DNA from: Geosiphon pyriformis uo1
Lineage: Eukaryota; Fungi; Glomeromycota
Direction of reading: 5' to 3'
Assembly: GCA_016748015.1 (NCBI GenBank)
Contig: JAAOMT010000514.1
Span: 175,866 to 239,865, forward strand
Length of the DNA stretch: 64,000 nt
The notes beneath the pieces are model-generated. The model was not told the DNA's origin, did not search any database, and was given only the letters and a program-made list of their open reading frames with translations. The translations under genes were made by a program, and so were the position numbers. Of this stretch, positions 49,040 through 60,759 are shown piece by piece (the first letter of the stretch is position 1; every line of letters starts with the position of its first letter).

Positions 49040-52000
49040 GAGTCGGTATTACCACAACAGGCAACCAATCAGGTCATTTGTAATATTTCTTAAGTCATGT
49101 ACCATGAACAAGTCAATTATTAAAGATTGTTCCAGATTGATCTTAAAGAATATAAGAACCATTGTTCAAAACTTTGTTGACTATAAAAGGTTCTTTCCAC
49201 TGGTTAGAGAATTTATCACCATAGATATTGTTTTTGTCTGAACAGTATTTTAATACCAAGTTACCAACACTTAAAGAAAGTGTTTTATAGGTTTTCTTCT
49301 TTTTAAGCTTTTCTTGAAACTGTTTTATCTTTTCAAAAGCAATTATTTGTGCTTCTACCAATGAGTCAAGAATGGTACCAAGTCTTCTTTGCAAAATGTC
49401 TTTGTAATTTGCTATTGTGATCTCTTTAAAGGGTATTGTCTCAATGTCAGTTTTTATTGGTAGTGTTGTCATACGTCCATAGAGCAGATAAAAAGGTTCA
49501 TAACTTGTTATGTCATGATTTACAGTTCTATAAGCAAACAAAGCTGAAGGCAGTACTTTGTCTCATAAGTTTGTTTCTTCACTTGTTTTGGCTAAAGTTT
49601 CACATAGTGTTCTATTAAAACATTCCACTAGGTCATTTGTTTGAAGGTGATAAGAAGAAGAAAGTTTGTGACATATTCCCATTTTTCTACAAAGTTCTTT
49701 AACCAGTATACTGAGAAAAGCTCTTTCTCTATTAGATAAAAGTTTTCTGGAGCAGCCATGATGGCAGATAATATCTTTATAAATGAAATTAGCAATGGAA
49801 ACTGCTGTTTGATCTGGGGTGGCTCTTGCTTCTACCCATTTTGTAAGATAGTCAGTAGCTGTAATAATGTATCTGTTGCCATCAGGAGTTACTGTTAATG
49901 GTCCAACAACATTTATACCAATTCTGTTAAAGGGTTGGCCAACAGAGATTGGATAAATGTTTTCTTTGCAATTGGGTTTTTTTTTTCTTTGGCAGGTATT
50001 ACAGATTTTGATGTATTCAGCAATATCTTTTCCCAAAATAGGCCAATAATAGTGAGCTAGAGTTTTCTGAATTGTTTTTGTTTTTCTAAAGTGTCCAGCT
50101 AATGAATCAGTATGCATGTTATAGGTCACAATTTCTCTTTTTTCAAATCTTATGACTCTCTAGGGGCGGTCAGGGTCTTTTCTATTTCTTTTATATAGCT
50201 GGTTCTGGTGAATCAAATAGAAATTTGATTGTTTGTGCAAATGTTCTCTTTGCTGTTAAGTGTATTCCAGTGAGTATTGTTCTTTACCCAAAAATTCCAT
50301 TAAGGCAGAGTAATTGTCTAAGTCCATTATCATGTTTGGTTGTAAAAAAATTACTAATAATTAGGTTGGTTTGGTTTGGGAGATTGTACTGTCACTTGGT
50401 GGTAAGTCTGGAAAGAGCATTGGCATTTTGATGATTAGCTCCTTTATGGTATTGAATATCATAGTTAAATTTATTCAAGTGGAGTATCCAACAGGCTATC
50501 CATTTATGTTCTAGCCTTTTTTTGTTGTGCAGCCAAACCAAAGCTTGGTAATTTGTTATCACCAAAAACTTTACACCAAGGAGATACTTATTCCAGTAGC
50601 TGGTAGCCTAAACTACTGCTAAGCATTCTTGCTCAGTAACTGAATAGTTCTTTTCTGCTGGTGTAAGGGTTTTACTGGCATAGGCTATTGCATGTTTCCT
50701 GCCATCTTCATCTTTTTGTGAGAGAACAGTACCAAGTCCATAGCCAGATGCATCAATGTGAAGGATGAAAAATTGATCCAGATCAGATTGCTTAAGAATA
50801 GGTTCTGTAATCAATTTTTTTTTGAGAGTTTCAAATGCTTTCTGCTGATGTGTGCTCCAATGGTAGTTGACATTTTTCCTGAGTAGCTGATTAAGTGGAA
50901 AGGCAATTTTGGAGAAATTCTTAACAAATTTGTAATAATAAGAGGCCAAACCAAGAAAAAAATGTAACTCATGAACATTCATTGGTTGTCTTATATTCTG
51001 AACTTTTTCCACTTTGGCTGGATCAGGGAAGATTCCATCTTTTGTAATAAGATGGCCAAGAAATTGGGTGGATTGTCTTCCAAAGAAAGATTTGATTGGG
51101 TTGATCTTGAGACCTGCATTTCTGAGAAGATCAAAAACTTTTTGCAAATGTTCAAAATGTTTATCCCAGGTTTTTGAGTACACCATTATGTCATTCAAAT
51201 AAACCAAAACAAAATTTTCTTTCACTGATTCAAATACTTTGTCCATTAAGCATTGAAAGATGGGAGGAGCATTGGTGAGACCAAAAGGCATGATTGTGAA
51301 TTTATAGGTGCCATATTTGGTTATGAAGGTGGTTTTTTTCCGACTTTCTGGATCCATCTCTACTTGCCAAAATCCAGCAGTTAGATCAATGGTTGAAAAG
51401 AAAGCAGCATCTTTGAATTGGTCCAGCATTGCATCAATCTTGAGAAATGGGTACATGTTTTTTTCAGTGATGGCATTTAATTGGTAATAATTGACACAGA
51501 AGTACAGGGTTCCATCTTTTTTGGATACCACTACAACTGGAAAAACTCATTCACTTTTGGTTTCTTGTATAATCCAAGATCCTTCATTTGTTTTATTTCT
51601 TTCTTGATGAACTCATCATTGTGGCAATTGGATTGATATGATTTTAGATGGATGGGGCGAGTTTTTTTGGTGGTGATAATGTGTTGTATCACATGAGTTT
51701 GTCCAGGGGTATCACTTTCTTTTGAGATAACTGGGCTGTTTCTAGTTAGCAGATTTTCAATGTCTATTTTTCTTTCTTCTGGAGAGAGTTCTCTTTGTTT
51801 TACAACTAGTAATTGAATCTCAAATGGTTTATTTTCAAAGAACTTTTGGACTTCTTTCAATTTTTCTCTAGGTATTAAACTGATTAGTTCCCAATCTTTG
51901 TAATAAATTAGGCATAATTTGCATTCATTACTTGGAGAATACAAGGGTTGGTTGCACCAGCACCAGACACAAGGACCATGCCACCAATAACGGTACTTGG

Positions 52001-54624
52001 CTTTCTTGCCAGGTTTTTGGTCAAAGGTTCTTCTAAGAATATCATAGTAGGGCCAGCAGATCAGCTTGCCATTCACAATGATTTCTTTTTTGTCAGCTTT
52101 GACATTGTTTAGTGGCTTGCCATTGCTGGTGAAGATAGTGTATGTGAGTTCAGTAGTTTCTTCTTGTTCCTCTTGTTTTTCTTTCTCATCACTCTCTTTA
52201 TCATCTGATTCATCTGATTGTTCTTCTTTTTGATCCTGTTTGTTTGCTGGGGGAGTTGTCCAATGACGGCATTTAACTACTATGAGCTTCTCACCATATT
52301 TGATGGTTAATTCACACAGTTCATAGTCAAATAAGGCTTTTGCTTTCTTGAGCCACTCATTGCCAACAATGATGGTGTATTCCTTTGCTTTAGAAACCTC
52401 CATATCAGTTTCAATGCTGATGCCATTGATGCGGACAGGAATAGCTTTGGCAATACCAAGACCTTTCTTTTTATCACCATGTACATTGGTCATAAGTCTG
52501 GTGGAAGGTTCATCAATTTTTCTGCCAATTGCTTCTAGAAATGTTTGGCAATGACACTTACTGATAATCCACTGTCTAGGATCAAATTAATGAAATAACC
52601 AGCCACTTGGGCTTTGCAAATTAAAGGGGTAACATTGCTGTTGTCAGCAAGTCCAGCTTGACGAGAACATTTGTTGGTTTTTGGTATTTTCTTCTTGGAG
52701 ATCAGAGATTTGCAAAGATCTTTTCTAAACTGTGGATGAGTCATCAGCTGGTCAAAGGTAATATGTGCTGGGGTTTCCATGAGATCTTTAACAACAGAAT
52801 AAGGTCCAGATTTTTGTACTATTTCTGGGGGTTCTAGCTTTGGAGGATTCTTAAAAACTTTAGCCTTTGGTGGCTCATTATTATCAGCAGTTAATGTGAA
52901 TGGTTTGTTTGGATCCAAAACGAAATCAACTTTGGCTTTCTTCTTCTTCCTTGTTGATTCTGTGGTGTTAATTGCTAGTTTATCCATGTCATGGTCATTA
53001 TCAGTTAAGTTAAAGATGTAAAAGGAGTTTTCTTCTGGTTGGCTTGCACTCTCACTCTTTGGAGGTGTGTCTACCAGTTTAAAGATTGATAGATTGTGGC
53101 TTCAACTAGAGGATCCTCTCCAAAGAAATTGATGTTGGCATGGTTGGGTCTTTGATTAAGAGCATTATTGTTGATGGGTCTATTGTTTTGATTATCATTA
53201 TTTCTGGGAACTGGAGGAGGTAAAGGAGGATTGTTGCAATCTCTTGAGAAATGTCTAGTTAATCCACATCTATAACATACAGGAGGACCATGATTTTGCT
53301 GTCTTTGATAAGGAGGTTGCTGGGGCTAATTAAAACATAGTTTATATCTGGGTCTTTGTGATTGTTGGTTATTTCTAACTACTTGTGTCAAAGGTTTTAA
53401 TAACTGGGCAAGATTGGCTGTGAGTCTATCAATTAATTGTTCATTTGGATCTTAAGTTTGGGCAGCAAAAGAAACAGCAGCCATTTGAGGGGCAGGAGCC
53501 ATAACAAGAGCAGAAGCAAAAACTGGAAGTGTAGATTCCAAATGTATTCTTTGGTTGTCTTCAATTCGTTGGGCAAGTTCAATGGCCATGTTTATTGTAG
53601 GATTGTTTTTCAGGGCCAAGAGAGGCCAAAGAGCATAAGATAAATTGGTTCTTAATCCTTTTGTAAAGGAATGAATTTTTTGCTCTTCTGTCCAATTTCT
53701 TCCAGAGTCTACACACTTGATTAACTTTCTGATTGCTTTAGCATATTCAGTTACAATTTTACCAGGGCCTTGAGTTCTTTTTTCTAATTCTATGCACCAC
53801 TTGGATATCAAGATTGGAGTTCTGAACTTGTTTTCAAACTGGATTGTGAAAGAAGTGTTGTTTTCTTTGGCATTTGCTGGCATCTACCTAATAATTCTTT
53901 GATGGGCATTAGCATCAGTTTTCTGTGAAAACCAGATAGCAGAAGAGCCTTGAAGATAGCCACCAACAATTTGAAACTTGTACTCATCATCATATTGGTT
54001 GGCTGCAGCAGTTCTTTCAAAGTCATCCAACTATTCAATTGGATCTTGTGCATTGCCTTTGAATAATGGTAGTGGGGTGTTGTTTTTTCATCCCAAAGCA
54101 GTTTGTATGCCTTGGAGGGCGGCCAGAATGTTTACTTGCATTGGATTTTGGGCCATTGGTTCAGGAGTTACTGTTTGTGTGAAGTGCTCTAATTTACTTA
54201 AGAAGAGATCAAAAATAGGGGCTGTTTGGTAGCTTTTTTCTTTTGTTTCAAGGGGAGTTACTGTTGATTGATGGGCAGCAATCCAAATATGGATTTGATA
54301 ATTCAGATATTCGAAATCAGAGGGCTGTTGTTCAAAAGTTGTAGAATATAAGAGCTGATTAATACTGTTCTTTCTTTCTGCAAAGTCATCTTCAAAATAA
54401 GCTTGATCAAAGTAATAGGTTGTATAAATTGTATAGGTTTTAGCTAAATGCTCATTCAGAAACCAGTTCCAAAAGTTTTGGAATTGTCTGCTAGATTGTT
54501 CTTCAATGGGGAAGCAGATCAAGCAGGAGGACAGAGGATTAAGTTCAATAAAATTTAGGTCATTTCTGTTGTGTGCTACAAAGTGTTCTTCTGATTGTTG
54601 TGGCAGATATGAGTAATCATCCAT
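49040..54624 (-). pseudogene. Element C gag-pol (decayed)
   Basis: ORF track fragments 54088-54624 and 53452-53883 (gag); 52535-52987 and 51531-52493 (PR + insert); 50608-51531 (RT/RH: MPFGLTNAP, VYLND, DASGYGLG); 49563-50129 and 49143-49541 (IN). Confidence 0.9.
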
Positions 54625-56315
54625 ACAATAAAGGAATAAGTGAATTTTGACAATCTCACAGGAAGCACCACTTTTATGTTACAGGTTGGAGTAACAAGCT
54701 AATGGATAGCAAGGAAGAACAGGATTGTAGGGTGATGGAAATAATCAAAGAGAATTTCAATTTTAAAGAGCAAATTGAATGAGTATGGATTCAATGTGCA
54801 AAATCAGTCTTATAAAATATCTCAGTTGCTTATTCTTTTCAAAGATAACTGGAGAATCTGAAGGTAGAGGGATAGTTCGTACTGTCAACAATTGATCACT
54901 ATTGGTATAATTCTATGCCTCATGTTGGCACTCTTAGAATTCAATATCAGGTATTAACTTGTGCTTTTCAGTCACGTTTATTCAAATAATCTTCAAATGC
55001 TACAATTATATATGTCAAGAAAAGGCCAACAAGTAATTTTTTATCTTTAAAATGTTTAGATACTTGAAGGTAGGAAAAGGGAAATTAGTGATAAGAGAAA
55101 GATTGAGATGAAAGTTGTTATTTTATTTATTCTTGATTATTCAGATGCTTGTTATTATATGCTTTTCTACAGCTAAGAGATTCATTGTTTATATAGCTAT
55201 CAAAAGTGGTCAATGATCAGGTCAATAGTTAGGTCAATGGTCAGGTCATTGGTTAGGTCAATGATCACTTTTTAAAAATAGTGTGACTAATTATATGACA
55301 TCAGTAGTTAATACATGTAATAATTAATAAGAAGTATAGGTCTCAACCATAACACTATGAGTGTTCTACCCTTGTTTTATGGGTCTTTTACTAGTTTCTA
55401 TAATGTTTATATCTCAGGCTTTATTCTTAATCAATTTAGTAAACCCAAAGAAATAACAAAAAAATAAATAAAAATAAATAAAAGAAAATAAAGAAATAAA
55501 TAAAAGCAATTGCATGTTAATATCCCATCAATAGTCATGATCAAGAACTATTGTTCCAGTGTGGTTAAGTATCAATTACTATCAACACTTCATGTTGATA
55601 GTGGAGAGTGAATTGAGATAGTAAATAATTATTTATTGATATTTGTAAATAGAAGGTTGCTTAGATGAAATCTAAACTATAAGGTCTGTTTTTTTTTTTC
55701 TAATGCTACCACTATATATACATAATTTGGGTTCTATGAGATTGCTCACATTCTCGAGTGATGTGCTATAATTTCTCAAGCAATGCTCACATTGCTGAGC
55801 ATTGTACCATATCTTCTTGACATTGCTCTATATTGCTGAGTGATGTGCTGTGATTTCTGATATTGCTCCATATTGCTGAGCAATGTGCCATGATTTTTGA
55901 CATTGCTCCATATTGCTGAGAAATGTGCTCACATGCTAACTACTACTCTCTTATTGGTCTACTATTTTTTCTATATCTGCTTTCTTTTTATGAGTAACAA
56001 TGGAATTGCAATTCCAGGAGGCTATTGAGAAAACTATCAATTAAATCTCTGTCTATTATCCAAAGGACTTAACCAAAACCTTCAGAAAACTCACTTTCAG
56101 AAATTACCAACATCATTATATCAATTGAGCACCAAGTTACAGATTTGTTATTTGATTTGAGATCCCAAATAATTACCTGTAACATTTGGTGCTCCCTATA
56201 AGATATAACTCAACAAAAAACCAGCACCAACAACAACCATGCAAAAAAGTGGCAGACCAAGAGAAAACAAGAGAAAATTACTTAGGATTCATGAAATCCT
56301 TATTTTATCTTATTG

Positions 56316-56916
56316 TTGATAAATTTGTTAAAAACTTGTTAAATTAAAACTTTGATTATTCAAGACCCAATCATTAAAACTCCAAACATTTGAAAATTAC
56401 CATTGATAAAATTATTAAAAACTCATTAAATTAAAACTCTGTTTATTCAAAACCTGATTGTTAAAACCCCAAACATTTGAAACTTACCATTGATAAATTC
56501 ATTAAAAACTCATTAAATTAAAACTCTGATTATTTAAGATCTGATTATTAAAACTCTGAACATTCGAAAATTACCATTGATAAAATCATTAAAAACTCAT
56601 TAAATTAAAACTCTGTTTATTCAAAACCCGATCATTAAAACTCTGAACATTCAAAACTTACCATTAATAAATTCATTAAAAACTTATTAAATTAAAACTT
56701 CGATTATTCAAGACCCAATCATTAAAACTCCAAACATTCAAAAATTACCATTGATAAATTTATTAAAACTCATTAAATTAAAACTCTGATTATTCAAAAC
56801 CTGATCATTAAAACCCTGAACATTTGAAAATTACTGTTGATAAATTTGTTAAAAACTCATTAAATTAAAACTCTGTTTATTCAAAATTCGATTATTAAAA
56901 CCCCAAACATTTGAAG
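56316..56916 (+). repeat. Tandem array of ~7 x 87-bp units inside element A
   Basis: Unit starts at 56316, 56403, 56490, 56577, 56664, 56751 and 56837. Confidence 0.9.
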
Positions 56917-58689
56917 TCTGATAAATTTCAAACTCTGCTATTATACAAGAAAATTTACCTCCAATAACCCAATAAAACCTAATTTTCACAGTACCAATAA
57001 ATCAGAAAAACTCACTTAACAGTCCTAAGTCAGAATATTGAGACATAGTCACAATCTACTTCTATGCATTATATATTCAAAAAAGAGCCAATCAGTAAGA
57101 ACAAATGGGAATCAGAATTGGAACTTAATCTTGATTCAAACTCTATTGATAACAGCAATAATTCAAACTCCACTAATGACAGCAATAATTCAAACTCCAC
57201 TGATAACAACAACAATTCAAACTCTGCTAAATGACAATGACAATTCAAACTCTGCCAACAACAATTCAAACTCCATTTCAAACACCAAACAATATATCAT
57301 GCTTTTAGATCTTACAATAGAGCAGGAATTAACTAAATTCAGTGATAATAATAAAAACATTATGTTTGAACATACACATAATACAGATACAAGATTTGAA
57401 TGTGGATATTCTGGACAGATCATTATAGTTAAAAATCCCAGTCATGTATAAAATTAGATTTACAAATAGCAATAGAAATTACAGCAACAACATTGATACA
57501 AAAAAGAGATTTAGAAAATTTCACAGAAGTTCAATATTAAAGGAGGGAATAATGTTACTCATAGAATATAGGAAGTATATTAACATATAAATTAGCCAAT
57601 CAGAAAGAAACGTAGTAAATGTGAAATTCCAGGATTTTTCTCAGAGGAATTGCAAAATTCCAGAAATTTCAGAATTCTTGTATGAGAAATTGCAGAATTC
57701 CAGAATTCCAGAATTCTTCTTAAAGGAATTGCAGGATTCCAGGAATTTTAGGATTCCTGGCTAGAGAATTAAGAAATTCAAGGAATCTCATATAACATAA
57801 ATTATATATATATAGTGAAAGTGTTAAAAGCAGAAAAAGAGTTTTATTAATTTAGAACAATCTCCTTTCTTCTCTATTTATTAACCCTTATTTCAAGGAT
57901 AGTTGCTATTAATCAAAATAAAATTATATAAATAAAAAATCTCTCCAATTCTTCAAATCCATGTTATTGTTATTTGTTTGAAAATATAATCACTTTTCTA
58001 TTTATCAACACTTCATATTGATAAAATCCAATACTTAACCATGCTGGAACAATCATGGCTATTGACAGGATACTAACTTGAATTGCCTTGGCTTATTTCT
58101 TATTTTTTATTTTTTATTTCTTTTATTTTTATTTCTTTTCTTTTGTTATTATTTACTAATTGAGTAAAAGATTAAGCACTGAAGTTACAAACATCATAGG
58201 GACTGGTAAAAGACCTGTGAAACAAGGGTAGAACACTCATAGATTTGAGAATAGCTTACCAAAAGGATTACCAGCCACCATACTGAGAAAGAAATTTGAT
58301 GGAATTGTAATTCCAAGAGACTATTGAGAAAACTATCAATTAAATCTCTGTCTATTATACAAAAAACTCAACCAAAACCTTCAGAAAACCCACCTTCAGA
58401 AATTACCAACATTATTATATTAATTGAACACCAAGTTACAAGTTTGTTATTTGATTTGAGACTCCAAATAATCACCTGTAACAGCATCTTATAAGAGAGA
58501 GCACCAAAAGAATTTTTTTCACCAGAAATACAGTCTAATGATATGTGATTTAATTTTTCATACTTAGCACATTTGGCAGAGCCCAACTGAGACCAATGTA
58601 GATTGGCATTTTGTAGCACCAGTATGGTTTCCATAACAGCATCTAAAGAAGTTGCAAAGTCAAAACAAACAATTATACACCTGGTCTAA

Positions 58690-59568
58690 TGTTATAGGTA
58701 ATTATTTGAGTAAATAGAATAAATAATAAACCCATAACTTGGTGCTCAATTGATATAATGATGTTGGTTTCTGAAGATTTGATATCTGAAAATTTTGGTT
58801 GAATTTTTTGTATAATAGACAAAGATTCAATAGCTGTTTATCTATAACTTCCCAGAATCACAATTCTGTCAAATTTTTTTCTTAGCATGGTGGCTGGTAA
58901 TTCTTCTGGTAAGCTATCCTCAATAATGAGTGTTCTACTTTTGTTTTACAGGTTTTTTACCAATTTTTTTAACATTAGTAACTCTGTATATTAATCTTTT
59001 AATCAATTAGTAAATAATAACAAAACAAAAAAAATAAAATAAAAATAAAAAACTAAGCTAAAGCAAAAAAGAATTAGTATTCTGTCAATAGCCATAATCA
59101 AAAACTATTGGTTCAATATAGTTAAGTATTAGCAATTATCAACATAAATTGTTGATAGTGAAAAGATAGATTGTAATAGTAATAAGTATTTTATTGATGT
59201 TTAATGTTTTTATTTTAAATTATAGAATATTATTGCATGAAAAAATAGATGGAAAAATTGAAACTAAAGGTTCTAAACTATAGATTTTGTCTTTTTTGCT
59301 TCTAATATTACTGCTATATATACATAAATTTCATTATACAAGATTTCTTGAATTTTTCAATTTTTTAGCCAAGAATCCTGAAATTTCTGAAATCTTGTAA
59401 TTCTTCAAGAGGAATTCTGAAATCCTGCAATTTTTTATACTGAAATCCTGTAATTCTGCAATTCTGCAATTCTTCTAAGAGGAATCCTGCAATTCCACTT
59501 TTACTACATTTTATTTTAATTGGCTACTTTATATATTAATGTATAATTTCTATATTCTATGAGTAATA
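58690..59568 (-). mobile_element. Solo LTR (A-type) in LINE ORF1
   Basis: Termini TGTTATA...GTAATA; TSD CTAA at 58686-58689 and 59569-59572. Confidence 0.88.
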
Positions 59569-60759
59569 CTAAGCATAAGTAACTGAATAATAATTGATAA
59601 CACAAGTCTTTCCATCCACTAAGCTAATATAATCCCAAATATCATGTGCATTTGTCCTTATTGGCAAAGTATAAAACAATGCTTTATGATTATCTCTTTC
59701 ATTTCAAGATTTCTTGTTTTTATTAGACTTAGCAACATGCATGGCATTTTTCCCAATTAAGATAAACCACTTTGCTGTGACCAAATTAGCATGATCTGAT
59801 TGCTTAAACTTAACTACAGTCTTTTGTTAAAGTCCCATCAACTGTATTTTGATTGACTTAATTAATCCAAATTTGGACAGCACAGTGCATACAGCTTTAG
59901 TTGACATTCCAACTGGAATTTTTTTTATCATCACAGCCCAATCTGAACAACCAGCAGATTTTTCGAGATTGGTATTTACCAGGATCTTCACTTCCTTTGC
60001 TTTTTTAGTAGTCTGTTTTAAGCTAGATTTGGAAATAAATGTCACTTTGATAATTTCAGCAAATTTTAAAGAAGTAGATGCCTCCCTAAAACCATTAACT
60101 TTTGAAAATAATTTTTTAACAACCACAAACTTTTCCTGAATTGACTTTTTAACAACATTGTTCAGACTAATATCTAAAGCAAAAGATTTTCTAACTAACA
60201 CATTCACCAGATTTTTCAGAGAAGAGAAAAAAACCACAAGACTATCCAAAAAAATGTTATTATTAGTATTATTGCTCAGAAAATTGATCCTGCCTAAAGA
60301 TTTGCCCAAAGTTTTTTTAGTAACCAATTTAAGTTCCTTTGGTATTTGGTTTGTATTTTTCTCTTCCAGAACTTTACTCTTACTATAATTCACACTTGTT
60401 TTTTCGACCAAAAACTTTTCTTTTATGTCAATACTATCAGATTTGGTGGTATCACCAGTTTCAGATGTCTAAAAACACCCAATTAATTTTTCATATAAAA
60501 TCACCTCATAAGCAGTACCATTTTTAAAAACACCTTTTTTTTTCTTTTTTCTAGAGGCAACACTTCTATTAACAATATCAAAACCAAAACCTTTAACAGC
60601 TTTCTTTATAATAACAATACTACAGCCAACAATGACCTTATAATTAAGCAAAAATGGTTTAGATTTATCATACTGAATTGTAAAAACTTCTTTTAAAAAA
60701 TGTTTGACTCTTTTTACAAATTTGGAACAAAAAAGAGAAAGAAATTTTTTTTTAAATAT

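Larger units (their letters stand above)
47706..55354 (-). mobile_element. LTR element C: full-length Ty3/Gypsy of a different family (3' LTR 47706-48347; 5' LTR 54677-55354)
   Basis: TSD CTAT at 47702-47705 and 55355-55358. PBS TGGTGCTTCCTGTGAG at 54655-54670. PPT AGAGAAGATAA at 48348-48358. Gag with CYRCGLTRHFSRDC, PR LILDSG, RT, RNase H, integrase, ORF3. Confidence 0.93.
38291..55999 (-). mobile_element. LTR element B: full-length Ty3/Gypsy with dUTPase and ORF3 (3' LTR 38291-39169; 5' LTR 47460-47705 + 55359-55999)
   Basis: TSD ATGG at 38287-38290 and 56000-56003. PBS TGGTGCTC ending at ~47457. PPT at ~39170-39188. Domain order gag-PR-(Cys-rich)-dUTPase-RT-RH-IN-ORF3. Confidence 0.93.
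37514..58483 (+). mobile_element. LTR element A: non-autonomous Gypsy derivative (5' LTR 37514-38290 + 56004-56184; internal 56185-57552; 3' LTR 57553-58483)
   Basis: TSD GCAT at 37510-37513 and 58484-58487. PBS TGGTGCTCCC at 56187. PPT AAAGGAGGGAATAA before 57553. The internal region retains a gag N-terminus (NYLGFMKSLF) and a partial dUTPase region. Confidence 0.9.
30870..60749 (-). mobile_element. Second, decayed LINE copy split by nested insertions (pieces ~30870-33673, 34930-37513, 58484-58689, 59569-60749)
   Basis: Colinear homology to 5839-12591 across 3' UTR, RNase H, RT, APE, ORF1 and 5' UTR. The pieces rejoin across the TSDs. Candidate low-complexity TSD TTTTAAATAT at 30860-30869 and 60750-60759. 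Confidence 0.9.

Noticed and set aside
56316-56916. Regular repeat array as a possible CRISPR
   Set aside because: Units are contiguous 87-bp tandem copies with no unique spacers, inside a eukaryotic LTR element, with no cas genes.
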